This document shows, piece after piece, positions 19,505 through 30,700 of a DNA stretch of 48,491 bases (position 1 is its first letter; each line of letters begins with the position of its first letter). The DNA is from Candidatus Helarchaeota archaeon (GTDB lineage: Archaea; Asgardarchaeota; Lokiarchaeia; Helarchaeales; RDOG01). The translations under genes were made by a program, and so were the position numbers. Under the pieces are notes generated by a model. It worked only from the letters and a program-made list of their open reading frames with translations. It had not been told where the DNA came from and did not search any database. The DNA lies in NCBI GenBank assembly GCA_029838215.1, contig JALGVI010000043.1, forward strand, positions 1-48,491. Reading direction: 5' to 3'.

Positions 19505-20227
19505 ATGGCAGATAGAGTTGTTACTGGAATTAGAGGGCTTGATGAAATTCTTCATGGAGGTTTCATCCCTGGTCACAACATACTCATAACTGGAGGTGCT
19601 GGGACTGGGAAGACCATCTTGTGCACTCAGTTTCTTTACAATGGTGCAAAGAATTTCAATGAACCGGGAATAATGGTCACTCTTGAAGAAATGCCAAACG
19701 AATTACGCTCCGAAGCGAAGAATTTTGGTTGGGATCTCGAGGAATTAGAAGCCGAAAAAAAACTGGCGATCATTGATGCGGCCTCCTCAAAGGCAGGTCT
19801 TCCAACAACCGAGCGGTTTGCACTTCGGCGTGGATTTGACGTTAATACTCTGGCTCAAGAGATATATCGAACCACAAAAGAGATTGGGGCAAGAAGGGTC
19901 GCAATTGATTCCATTGCAGGTCTGGGGATGCAATTCGAAGGGACAATAAACATCCGTACTGCTATCTTCCGATTGAGTGCATTACTCCGCGAAATCAAGT
20001 GCACGAGTTTGATGACGAGTGAGGTTCCGGCTGGTGAAGTCTTCACCCGATATGGTGTTGAGGAATTCATCGCTCAAGGTGTTGTTCTTCTTTTTTTAGA
20101 GGAAGAAAATGATGAACTGCGCAGAACACTCATTGTGCGAAAAATGCGTGGGACTGCTCATTCCCTGAAACGATATCCGTTCGAAATTGGATCGAAAGGG
20201 ATAGTCGTCATGCCGGGAAAAGTCTAG
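19505..20227 (+). CDS. Single-domain KaiC-like/RAD55 ATPase
   Basis: TGIRGLDEILHGG, GGAGTGKT, TLEE, RRVAIDSI, IVRKMRGTAHS. Start MADRV inferred from the upstream GAAGTGA (the track starts at 19475). Confidence 0.92.
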   Translation: MADRVVTGIRGLDEILHGGFIPGHNILITGGAGTGKTILCTQFLYNGAKNFNEPGIMVTLEEMPNELRSEAKNFGWDLEELEAEKKLAIIDAASSKAGLPTTERFALRRGFDVNTLAQEIYRTTKEIGARRVAIDSIAGLGMQFEGTINIRTAIFRLSALLREIKCTSLMTSEVPAGEVFTRYGVEEFIAQGVVLLFLEEENDELRRTLIVRKMRGTAHSLKRYPFEIGSKGIVVMPGKV

Positions 20228-20539
20228 CTAATGATCAAAGTTTCCACTTTTTTTACGTGATAGGTAAGTATTTGGAGAAATCGAGTGCCTCCTAAATGGT
20301 GTCGTGGAGTTTTTAAACAAAATTTCATCATTATATTGTAGTAAAGTCAAAGGATTTGTATTTTCTGATGAGAAATCATGAAGCATTCGTTTCAATGGTT
20401 TGTAATAATATTTATAAGGTAAAAATGGAACAAATTTTATTGGATTGTCCAGAATCAAATAAGATATCATTTCCCATTGTTTATTTCTTGCAACTTAAAG
20501 ATTCAGAAACAACCAATTAAATGAATTGGATGTCATATA

Positions 20540-21394
20540 ATGTCACTCACCAAAGAACAAGCAGATAAGCTTACTACACTGCTAAACAAGCTTGAGGCGC
20601 GAACTGAGCTTGAAGCTTGTGCAGTAGTGACTAGAGAAGGATTACGAATCGCATGTGCAGTTGCAGCTGAGATGGATGCGGACGTATATTCTGCAGCATC
20701 AGCGGCATTGGTAAATTTAGGTGAAACAACTTTAGCCCAATTAAAACACGGTAATCTCAAGGAGATTATTGTTCGAGGGGATGAAGGATATACGATCTTG
20801 ACACAGGCAGGAAATCAATACATGGTCGTAGGATCTTGCAAGAAATTGAGTCGGATGGGCTATTATCTTGCGCTTTTACACCGCTTTAGTAATAAAGTCG
20901 CAGCAACGTTAGGTGTATCACAACCTATTGCTGAGGTTCCAGAAGCAGTTCCTGCGGCACAAGCTGTTGTGGAAGAACAAGTCATTCCCGAACCAGTTGT
21001 TGCACCTGAAGCTGCTCCCATTGAACCGCCTTCGCCAGTGCCAGAAGTGAGTTTTGAAGCGCCTTCTCAACCAGCCCCCATTCCAGAACCCGCCACGGCT
21101 GATGTTGGGTTTGATAAAAGTGCCTTATTTGAAGCTTTACAAACACTTGGAACAGAGCCCGAAACCGCTCAACCAGCATCTACGGAAAGTGGTGTTGAAA
21201 TAGATACCACGGCACTCATTGATGCATTGAAACCAAAAACTGCAGGAATTCCTGCTCCCGTTGAAGCGGCACCACCAGTTTCGCAACCACGTCCAACGCC
21301 TCAACATGATGATGACGAGCTCTTTAAAATTTCGGATAAGGAAGCAGTCTTAGAAGCATTGAAAGTTTTGGGTTGGGAGGAACCAAACGAATAA
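20540..21394 (+). CDS. Roadblock/LC7-domain protein with Pro/Ala-rich linker and repeated C-terminal helix motif
   Basis: First about 120 aa: LEACAVVTREGLRIA, SAASAAL..LGE..L.QL.HG.L.EIIVRGDEG is a roadblock fold. It is followed by a PA/E-rich low-complexity region. Confidence 0.85.
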   Translation: MSLTKEQADKLTTLLNKLEARTELEACAVVTREGLRIACAVAAEMDADVYSAASAALVNLGETTLAQLKHGNLKEIIVRGDEGYTILTQAGNQYMVVGSCKKLSRMGYYLALLHRFSNKVAATLGVSQPIAEVPEAVPAAQAVVEEQVIPEPVVAPEAAPIEPPSPVPEVSFEAPSQPAPIPEPATADVGFDKSALFEALQTLGTEPETAQPASTESGVEIDTTALIDALKPKTAGIPAPVEAAPPVSQPRPTPQHDDDELFKISDKEAVLEALKVLGWEEPNE

Positions 21395-21440
21395 ATTCAC
21401 TTATAATTTTATTTCTTGAACAAACAATCCAGATGATTCC

Positions 21441-21659
21441 ATGAGTAACTCCAATCAAGCCAGACGATGTCCAAATTGCAATTTCAGTAATTTTCCAGCA
21501 AGTTCGAAATTCTGCCCAAAGTGTGGTCTTAAACTTAGCACTTCAGCCAGAGCAAGGAGGAAACACTCCAGAACTTGTGAATGCGGAGTGGTCTTTGAAA
21601 CAATTAAATTATCATGGTGTCCTTTTTGTGGAAAACCACTGCAAAAAATATTGTTTTAA
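21441..21659 (+). CDS. Double zinc-ribbon protein
   Basis: CPNC...FCPKCG and CECG...WCPFCG. Confidence 0.8.
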   Translation: MSNSNQARRCPNCNFSNFPASSKFCPKCGLKLSTSARARRKHSRTCECGVVFETIKLSWCPFCGKPLQKILF

Positions 21660-21709
21660 AGAATATTTCTTAGAATTACGTCAATAAAAAGAAAATTGCA
21701 ATAAAAAAT

Positions 21710-21919
21710 TCATATTTGGATGGCATCTGCCTTTTCTTGACACACTCGTGCCTTTTCTTCATTTCCACCTTTTTTATACCATTCAACGGCTCCGAGCAGG
21801 AGTCGTTTGGCTTTTTTTGGTTCCTTGCTTTTTAGATGGTGTTCTGCAAGTTCTTCGTAATATGCACCTTTTTTATTGGCAAATTCAAAAAGTTGATGTC
21901 CCATATCCATTCCACTCAA
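21710..21919 (-). CDS. Small helical (TPR/SNAP/MIT-like) protein
   Basis: 69 aa of charged amphipathic helices: AYYEELAE, KAKRLLLGAVEWY, EKARVCQEKA. Confidence 0.65.
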   Translation of the reverse strand: MSGMDMGHQLFEFANKKGAYYEELAEHHLKSKEPKKAKRLLLGAVEWYKKGGNEEKARVCQEKADAIQI

Positions 21920-21969
21920 TTCATTTCTTATAAGACTTCTTCCAAATCAGAAATTTATATTTTTTTGCT

Positions 21970-22806
21970 TTATTTCCACAAGTATTTTATTTTGAACGAA
22001 GCAATTTGAGTTGAATCCTCCATTTCGGGTGTTTTCAATAATTCGATGGCGAGTATGCGACCTTCGTTGATGATGAGTCTTGGCAGGTATCCCTTGGCAA
22101 GAAATTCACCTTCGGGCAATGATTCCATTAATTCGAATGCATGTGAGACTTGTTCCTGCCCCAGAAATGTCTTTTTCTGTTCGATTTGGCTGAATACATA
22201 CGGTCCAATACAAATCATTTCCCGCTTATAACCGCCAGGAGGTAAATCGTAACTTTGAACCCGAGTAAGTATCTTTTTAACGCTTTCTTCTACATTCAAA
22301 GTCTGAATTTGTTGATCGATTTCCGATGATTTCGCTGGAGCAGGGGCAGGGGTTCGTGCCGGTGCAGGAGCGGGTGCTGGTTCAGGGACCGTAAAGGTAG
22401 GCGGCGAAGGTGGCAATTGTTGCGCGGGTTGTGGAGGTGGTACCGGTTGTGACGCAGGAGGCGTGCCGCCCGGAACGAATTCTTGAATATCAGCGGCGGG
22501 TTCTGGTGCGATGGGGACAGGACCCCCAATAATTGTTATAAAATCTTGAGGTTCAGACCCATGGTCAATCGATTCAACCTTATAGACCAATCCTCGCTCT
22601 CCTCGCAAATCTTGAGATTTTCGTGCCGCAATGAATTTCTTGCGCACGCTAGCTTGAGTTCCTTTCCAAAGCCAAATTTTCTTTAGCCTATCGGAAACAA
22701 TAAGAACAACTTTTTTTGAATCTAACATGTCTTTTATTTGACCAGAAATGGGAACTTCTTCATATTCTCCATCGTCTTTTATGCTATAATAAGTAAGATC
22801 TTCCAT
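21970..22806 (-). CDS. Single gelsolin-like domain + Pro-rich linker + C-terminal unknown domain
   Basis: LDSKKVVLIV...KIWLWKGTQASVRKKFIAA...V..IDHGSEPQDF matches the gelsolin repeat pattern (LDS.D.FI....I.W.G....E.....G.E...F). Confidence 0.8.
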   Translation of the reverse strand: MEDLTYYSIKDDGEYEEVPISGQIKDMLDSKKVVLIVSDRLKKIWLWKGTQASVRKKFIAARKSQDLRGERGLVYKVESIDHGSEPQDFITIIGGPVPIAPEPAADIQEFVPGGTPPASQPVPPPQPAQQLPPSPPTFTVPEPAPAPAPARTPAPAPAKSSEIDQQIQTLNVEESVKKILTRVQSYDLPPGGYKREMICIGPYVFSQIEQKKTFLGQEQVSHAFELMESLPEGEFLAKGYLPRLIINEGRILAIELLKTPEMEDSTQIASFKIKYLWK

Positions 22807-23069
22807 CTATCTCACCGTGTTTAAATTCTCACCATCTATTTAAAACCTGTTTTTCAAGGCTTTTGTTAAAATTGTTTTTCTTTGTTTGAAATTTTGATTC
22901 TTCATCAAAAATTTTCCTAAATAAAGTACATTCGTTATTGATTATATGACTAAAATCTCTTGCTTGAATGATAAGAATTCTCTTCGTTTATATTTGAAAA
23001 ACAACTATAAGAGATTTCCGACAAATTTTCATGGAGATTATTATTATAATACGATGTTGATAAGTCGTT

Positions 23070-24638
23070 CTAACCAAATCGTCGTTGCATGATTTCTGGA
23101 ATGAGATCAATGAGATCGGTTGCCAACAGGTGAGGTCCTCCGAGTTTTTCAATGGCTAAGTCTCCGGCTAAACCATTGATAAATGCTCCACAACATGCCG
23201 CCCTAAACGGATCAATATTTTGTGCAAGAAGTCCCACGCAAATTCCTGTTAGAACATCTCCGGTTCCTCCGACAGTCATTGCAGGGTTGCCGGTAATGTT
23301 AATCTTCATTCGCTCTCCATTTGAAATGATATCTTCAGAACCTTTTAGTAACAAGGTTATTTGGTTATTTCTTGCAAATTCAGAGACATCTTTTACTTTT
23401 TCAAGCAAGGATGAATTAACTTTTATTTTTTTATCAGAAATGATCCCGTATTCTCCTAAATGTGGAGTCAAGATCCCCCGTGACCCTTTTACCAGGTCAA
23501 GATTGCCTTTAATTGCTTTCAGTCCGTCAGCATCTAAAACAAAAGGCAATTCTTTGCTTGAAATCATTCCCAAAAGCTCAAGGATTCCTTGCTTGATCTT
23601 TTCGGCGGGTCCCAGTCCGGGTCCGATAGCAACGACCGTTGCCCACTTGAGAAGGTCTTTAACAACATCCACTCCACTTTCGTTAAAATAATCAGAATTA
23701 TATTCTCTAATGATTAAATCAGCGGATAAAGAGCGGAGACTGGGTGCGATTTTCGATGGCACGAGTAATTGGACCAGATCAGCCCCAGTACGATAAGCTG
23801 CTAATGCAACCAACGCAGGAGCTCCTGAATAGATGGCACTTCCACCTATGACTAGAACCTTCCCGAAATCACCTTTATGGCTCGTTGGCGGTCTGGCCAA
23901 TTTCATTGCATTCAAATCTCCACGTCCAACGAATAGTTCCGCTTCTGGCGGAATTCCAATGCTTGAGATAATTAATTTACCCGTGATTTTTTCGGATGTT
24001 AGACCCACTTTATTCTTGTGAAACGTGATCGTCAAGTTTGGGATAATTGCCTTGTCTGGAACCATCCCTGTCAAGGGATCTACACCGGATGGAACATCAA
24101 TTGAAATCTTGAATGCTGAAGAACCATTGATCAAGTTAATTGCGGACGAAATGGGTTCTCGGATTTTTCCTTTTATGCCGGTTCCCAATAAACCGTCTAT
24201 AATGATATCAGGCGTTTTCTGTATTGCATCTTTGAGTGACAACAGCTTTGCAACTTCTCGGATCTCTTGAAGCACGATTGAGCATTGCATGTTTTTAAGA
24301 ATATCCCAATTTTTCTTAGCGATTTCTGTTCTCATGTCTCTAGCATTTCCCAATAAAAACACGGTGATCAATGCGTTTTCACTTGCCAAATGTCTTGCGA
24401 CAACAAATGAATCTCCTCCGTTATTACCCGTTCCTGCAAATATAAATACTTTTTTACCGTGTAATGAACCCAGTTCTTGTTTTAAAGCATTCACAACAGC
24501 CCTTCCCGCGTTTTCCATTAATAGAAGAGTGGGCACCCCTAACCATTCCGAATTTTGATCGATGATTCCCATCTCGACAGGAGTGATTTCTGCAGGAATG
24601 AGATCTTTGATCTCATCCAGTTCAATTGACTTTCTCAT
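23070..24638 (-). CDS. nnr: Bifunctional NAD(P)H-hydrate epimerase/dehydratase
   Basis: LMENAG, GTGNNGGD, IDGLLGTG, DVPSG, SHKGDFG, YSGAP, AIGPGLG, VLDADGL, LTPHLGE, LLKG, GGTGDVLTG. Confidence 0.95.
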   Translation of the reverse strand: MRKSIELDEIKDLIPAEITPVEMGIIDQNSEWLGVPTLLLMENAGRAVVNALKQELGSLHGKKVFIFAGTGNNGGDSFVVARHLASENALITVFLLGNARDMRTEIAKKNWDILKNMQCSIVLQEIREVAKLLSLKDAIQKTPDIIIDGLLGTGIKGKIREPISSAINLINGSSAFKISIDVPSGVDPLTGMVPDKAIIPNLTITFHKNKVGLTSEKITGKLIISSIGIPPEAELFVGRGDLNAMKLARPPTSHKGDFGKVLVIGGSAIYSGAPALVALAAYRTGADLVQLLVPSKIAPSLRSLSADLIIREYNSDYFNESGVDVVKDLLKWATVVAIGPGLGPAEKIKQGILELLGMISSKELPFVLDADGLKAIKGNLDLVKGSRGILTPHLGEYGIISDKKIKVNSSLLEKVKDVSEFARNNQITLLLKGSEDIISNGERMKINITGNPAMTVGGTGDVLTGICVGLLAQNIDPFRAACCGAFINGLAGDLAIEKLGGPHLLATDLIDLIPEIMQRRFG

Positions 24639-24763
24639 TTAAATCCCTCAAGGATGAATCTCAATAAATTGATGACATGTTCAACATGCAAATAAAAACA
24701 TGATCTTAAAATTTATTTCGTTGATCTAAATTAATTTATGATGTAAAATTTTAGAAAATTAGA

Positions 24764-27700
24764 TTAAAATCTCTTTTTCTTTCTTGATTTCTTTCTTTTT
24801 GATTCCTTTTTCTTTTCATCAGCGGTTTCCTCAGTTCGTGTTCCTACCGTTTGGACTTTCTTCTTGTCTCTTTCTTCCAGTTTGTGGAATTTTTCTAATA
24901 GAACGAAACAGACGATCATGATGATGATCATGGGAACGACATACCATAGAATGAAGTTTTCAATTGAAATGATGGGTTGGAACGTGTACCATTGATTGAA
25001 GTAGCTTTCTCCGTCCATTTTGACTTCGATATTTAGTTCTTGACTTATCAAATGGCTATTAAAAGAAGATATGAAGATTTCAATGTTTATTGTTTTCGTT
25101 TCGAGTGCTTCGATATAATGCCTTTCGTGAATGGGTGCTCCAAAGACGGCTCCCGCCATGTATACCGTGATGTAGACGTCAACATAGACGGCTTCTGTCT
25201 TTTGATTTGTTATTTGAATTGTAATCATACTATTTTGATTTTGGAAAGGAGTTTCTGGAACGCAAATTTTATCGATGACCAAGTTGCTTTGAATCGTAAA
25301 GGAGAATTCATAAGAGATCGTGTAATTGACCCAAGAAATCTCGATTGTTCCCGTGTATGTTCCAAAAGCAACATTTTCAAGCACGTTTAAAGCAACGAAG
25401 TAATAATCTTTACTGTTCAATGATAATATATAGTTATCTTGTTGATATTCTAGGGCGGGTGAATATAGGCTCACGGTAAAATTCAAATCAACGAGTAAGC
25501 GCAAGTTTTGCACTTCAATTATGGCATAACGCGTGTCATCTTCCGCTATTTTTGGAGGAGCACCAATTTGAGTGGTCTGAATTGCTTGGAATACGGTGAT
25601 GTCAATTGAACTTTCGTCAGGAAACGCTTCGTTAACTGTAACACCATCAAAAACCAGGTCCACGTAAATAGGATAAGTTGAAGGAGTTGTTCGTTCGTCC
25701 ACCTTGATGTAATAAAGGATGGAATGCGTTCCGACATCTAATGAATAATTAAGAGTTTGGTTCGTGATAAAGACATCACCATAGATCTTAATGTCAATAT
25801 TGGATGTTCCCTTCCGGTTATTGCGTAGCGTGAGATTTAATTGAAGTAGATCACCCTGCGCAACTTGATCGGCGGTCAGGCTTGCAAACTTATAGATATT
25901 TATTCCATAGTCAACCCATAATGAGATATTCTGTTGTGTCGTTGCAAAGAATTCATTTGCTTTTGTATCGGACCTACATCTAAATGCAGTGATTCGAACG
26001 ATATATTGACCAATGTATTGACCCGTTTTCGGAGTGGGTCCAAACGTGATCGTCGCTATGCCGTCAGCATTCGTCATTACTGAACGGTTCAAGTACAATC
26101 CTTGATCATTTGGCAACCAGACTTCAAAGTTTACGTGAGCATTAGAAATAGAAGTGGTTGGAGTTCCAAATGAAGATGCCTTATCACCATATGTTACATT
26201 TATTTGGAATCTATCAGTTCCTAAGATATAACCGACAAAGATATTTGCACCCGGAGATGTAGCGGGACGATTGTTCTTTAACCCGAGTGGTGAAGTTTGT
26301 CCCTGTAAGGAGATATATTGGACAGTTGTAAGCATGCGATGGACGTAATATGCTTTCCAAAAAATGGGAACTGATTCATTAAATCCTGCCACTTTAATAT
26401 AGACGTGTTCGACATTTGATATATTTATGAAGCCAAAAATGTGAAGAGAACCATTTGAATCAAACGTTGCATTGTATTCATCAATAAAAGCCGGCCACAT
26501 TGATCCTTCCGTCCAACCTTCTACTGTTGCTGTCAAGTTGAAAGTTGCCCCAATCGAAGTTTGATTGGAGAAATAAATGGAAGATGTTGAATTAATGAGT
26601 TCTCCGTGCGCAGGACTCGTTGCAGACGTGAAAGTAGTAGTATCCATTAACCATGGTGAAGAAGACCCGGTCCAAAAGGAATCATTTGCAATTTTAAATG
26701 CAGAAAATAGAAGCAACGCCATTAAAGAATTTTCATTTGTATATATATCCCCATAGAAGAAATTATTCGGATCGATTTTCTCCCTATATCCAACATATTT
26801 AACTATATCATTTGTTTCGTACAAGTTGAGAGCGTAAGAATTCAAGAAATTAATCGTTTTTTCACCTTGAATATAATGAGTATAATTCTGCGTGTTCTTA
26901 AAGAGGTTTAATGAAGAAAAAGCCATCCAAGCGTTGGATTCAAGGAACCGGTTTGTTTGATTTCCGAATTCCGGTAAACTCCAATTCGCCAGAACCTCGG
27001 GATAGTAACCCAGAATTGTTTCATTCCAAAAATGTTCAGTGATGAGGTCATGGATCTGAATTGAGAAATTCAGATAACTTTGATTATTTGTCACTTCATA
27101 TAATCGTGTCAACGCATTTGATGCTAATGCATTTGAAAGGAGGCCTTTATTACTTAGGCTTACATTCCATGTATCTCCAGGCGTAGCAATGGTAGCATTA
27201 GAATAATATAGTCCATAATGTGAGGCGTTTACGTCCCACATCGAAGAATTGATTTTGTCAAGCGTTGCAATTGCCATTTCAAGTGCATTATTTCTCACGT
27301 TGGCAACGATTCCTGAAGTTTGATTTATTTCGATTGCAGCTAGAATGGCAAGGAAATTATCGCCAACATTTCTGCTCATGTTGCTGTTCGTGTCATTATT
27401 TGAAGTGAAGCCTTCATTCACGTCATCCCAGAAGGTGTAGTTCAAATAAATCCATGTATCGTTCGCAAGGTTCAAGTATTCGACATCATTAGTGGCGTTG
27501 TATAATTCAAGTAACGTGATGACGGCAAGAGCGTTGTCTGCTACTCTTGTTTCATTGGAGAGAAAGCCTACAGAATCAGTACCGCTCAACAAGCCAGTTA
27601 CGTTTCTCCCACCTACAAGTACTATATTTGTTCGCCAAGAATTATTTACGTAGGCATAAATCTTTTCAATATATTGATCGTAAGTGTCGTTCAAGTACCA

Positions 27701-30700
27701 ATTAAAATCCTTCAGGATGACTCCTAACGTTTCATTCATCTCTATTAACGCTCGAATGAGGAAAAGGTTATCTTCAGTATAGAGATCATTCTCGTAAAAT
27801 GAATGGTTAAAAACAGCACGTGAACCAAGATCATAAAGTGACTGTGAGAATAATTTTTTTATGGTTTCATATGCGATCTCTTGGTAAATGGGAATTGTTC
27901 TATTTATCGTGAATGTTTCATACCCTGCTGCATATGTTCCCGTTTGCTCTAACGCAAGGAAAGAAATCGTAAATTCTTCTAATAGAGTGGAAACGTTTAT
28001 AATTGCCCTGTAAGTATTACCACTGACCAACGTGAAGTTGGCGGGTTTATAAAAATCTTGATGGGAGGCGATAACAGCAAATAATCGGGCTCCGGTAATT
28101 TGGGTTCCTGTTTGATCGTTTACTTGAATTGTGATATTCAATTGATTTGGATGAGTGCCAGGAGTGATCGCGTTCACGGTAAAATTATATAAGTCGAGCG
28201 GACGGTCTAAATTCTGACGAATTTCATACATGTAGACATCAAACAAGGATAGAAAGACAGAAGACTTCATGTCATAACTTTGTGTTACGTCTTGCGTGCT
28301 TCCAAATCGTGAAGCATTATTCAAATTAAGACCAATTTCACCTTGAAGGTAAGTATCTACAAACAAGGAAATTTGTTCGCAATACTCGTAAATCGAACTG
28401 TTTCCATAATAATTATAATATTCGGCTAATGCGATTCCTGCTAAACAATTCTCTAATAAGTATTTATCACGTGCAGCATATTCGTAAGAATCATTACACG
28501 ACCCATAGAAACCAAAAAATTCACTATCCCATAAATAATTCAGGAGAAAATCTACGGTGTTATTTAACCAAGTCTTATATGCGGTAGCCGTCGTGTTTGT
28601 TTCCAAGTATTTTATTATTGTTTGAATCATGAGCGCATGAATTGACGTGTTAAATGCTCCAACATCATTTGTTTTTCCATTCCACGTCCCTGTGGAACTG
28701 TTAAAACTGCTGTAAAATCCCGTATTCCATAAATCATTAATCGTTTTATTAATGGTAAGATTCGCCATATAATAGGCACGATTTCGAGTTAGATTTTCGA
28801 ATTGAGTGGTTTGGTAGACTCTTAGATTTGCCATGACAGCCCAAGCGTTATCATACAGGCTTTTCCAATCTTGATATGTAGAACCATTTGTAGTGAGAAA
28901 TCCTGAAGAATTATAATCCCAAAATGTTTCATTCATGTAATTCCAAGTTGAATTGGCAGCTTCAAGATAAGAATTATCGCCTGTCAATTCAAATAGGTTG
29001 AGTAAAGAAATAATGGCAATTGCATTATCAGCACATTTGGTTTCATTAATAGGTCCTGAATCGATCGTTCCATTTCGAATGAATCCATTACCCGATTGGG
29101 AAGATTGCCAATAATTAGTTAAAAGGTAACTCATTGTAGAGTTAATGTAAGAATTAAACAATACTTGGTCAAATTGATAATATCCGGAACTTATACTAGA
29201 TGAACCCCAGTCTATCGCCAGATTCAAACCAGAAGCATTAAAGAATTTGATCATTGCTTGAATTGCCAGCAAGTTTTCTTCAGTAATTACATTCTGTGTA
29301 TCGTTCCGTGTTGGGTGGTAAATGTCTTGACTACTACTCCTGAATTCATAATTGATCAGATTTAAAAGTCCAAATGCACTTGAAACATATCTGGGAAGAA
29401 GGCGCTGTAGCGTGTAGGTATTCCAAATTGCCGAATAACTTTCGTTTAGGAGCAAAGGAACGATATAAAACTTACCAAAATAATCAGAAATGTTAAGAGA
29501 TCCATTATAAATGTTTGAAGACCCTAAAGAGGTCATTTGAATACTTTTCCCTAACCCATAGAAATCATAAGTTGCTGAGGGAAATGAAGATTTATAGTTC
29601 CGTTCAAACCCATTAAGCATGATGCTGACATCAAGTTGAGATAAGTTATTACCATCAACATCAATGACTGTTATGTTGACGGGTGTAAATTTGCCCCCAT
29701 AATCAAGGCTAGTTGTATCAAACTCAATACTGAATATTGGAGGAATGCCAAGATCATTTCGGACTTCGTCCAACAAGCAGGTGGCCATAACTCCGCGTTG
29801 TTGGGTGGCAAGAAACTTCCAATTTTCGTAACTTCTTTGCACGGACCCATTTTGTTCTACGACGAAAAAATATCCACCATATTCATGATCCCAAACAAAT
29901 GTATTGATGAATGCCATCGTTTTTTCTGCTAACTGATAGTAAGTGTAGTTAGATGATGTATTATATAGTTGAATCAAGGTCATGATTGTTTGAAACTGTT
30001 CTCCCGATTGTTTCCTTGTTTCAGTTACGGTTCCATTAACATTTGTATTGTCATAGATTCCGCCAAGTATCGTGTCAACGAGATGCGATGAAAAAAACTG
30101 AAAGGTTTCGTTTATTTTTTGGTCAAAATTGGAGAAATTAGCATGAGATGGGAAAATTTCATTAAAACGAGATAGAGCACTCATGAAGTATAAATTAGTG
30201 CTTGAATCTTTCGCACCAGAAGTCTCATTGTCAGGGATCCAATCTGCAGTGGCATTTGCAAAAATACCATAATTTACTGAATCCCACATTTTTTCAATTA
30301 TGAGATTAAAAGTATAGTTTGCCATGTAGGTTGCATTAGACTTGAGATGCGGATAATTCAGGTCGAGATACGAAGATGTTAAATTTGCTATTTCAAGATT
30401 GGCAAGTATTGCCATCAAATTTGAATAGGTTTGTTTCGTCGTATCTGTCAGGTTATCAGAAATGAGATATCCACCATTTGTGGAATCCCATACTGTTTGG
30501 TTCAGAAAATACCATGTATGGTTTAATGTATCCAGATAATCGGTATTATTTGTATATTTATATAACTCAATCATGCAAAGCATTGCCAAGGCATTATCTT
30601 CTGTTTGACTATTTCCATATGCTTGTCCCGAGAGAGTCCCGATCCGATAAGAGAAGATGCTATTTGTGATGTTAAGAACAGAACTGTTTACTTCTTCAAA

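Noticed and set aside
20228-20470. 80-aa minus-strand ORF between the KaiC-like and roadblock genes
   Set aside because: AT-rich intergenic composition, no RBS and no recognisable features.
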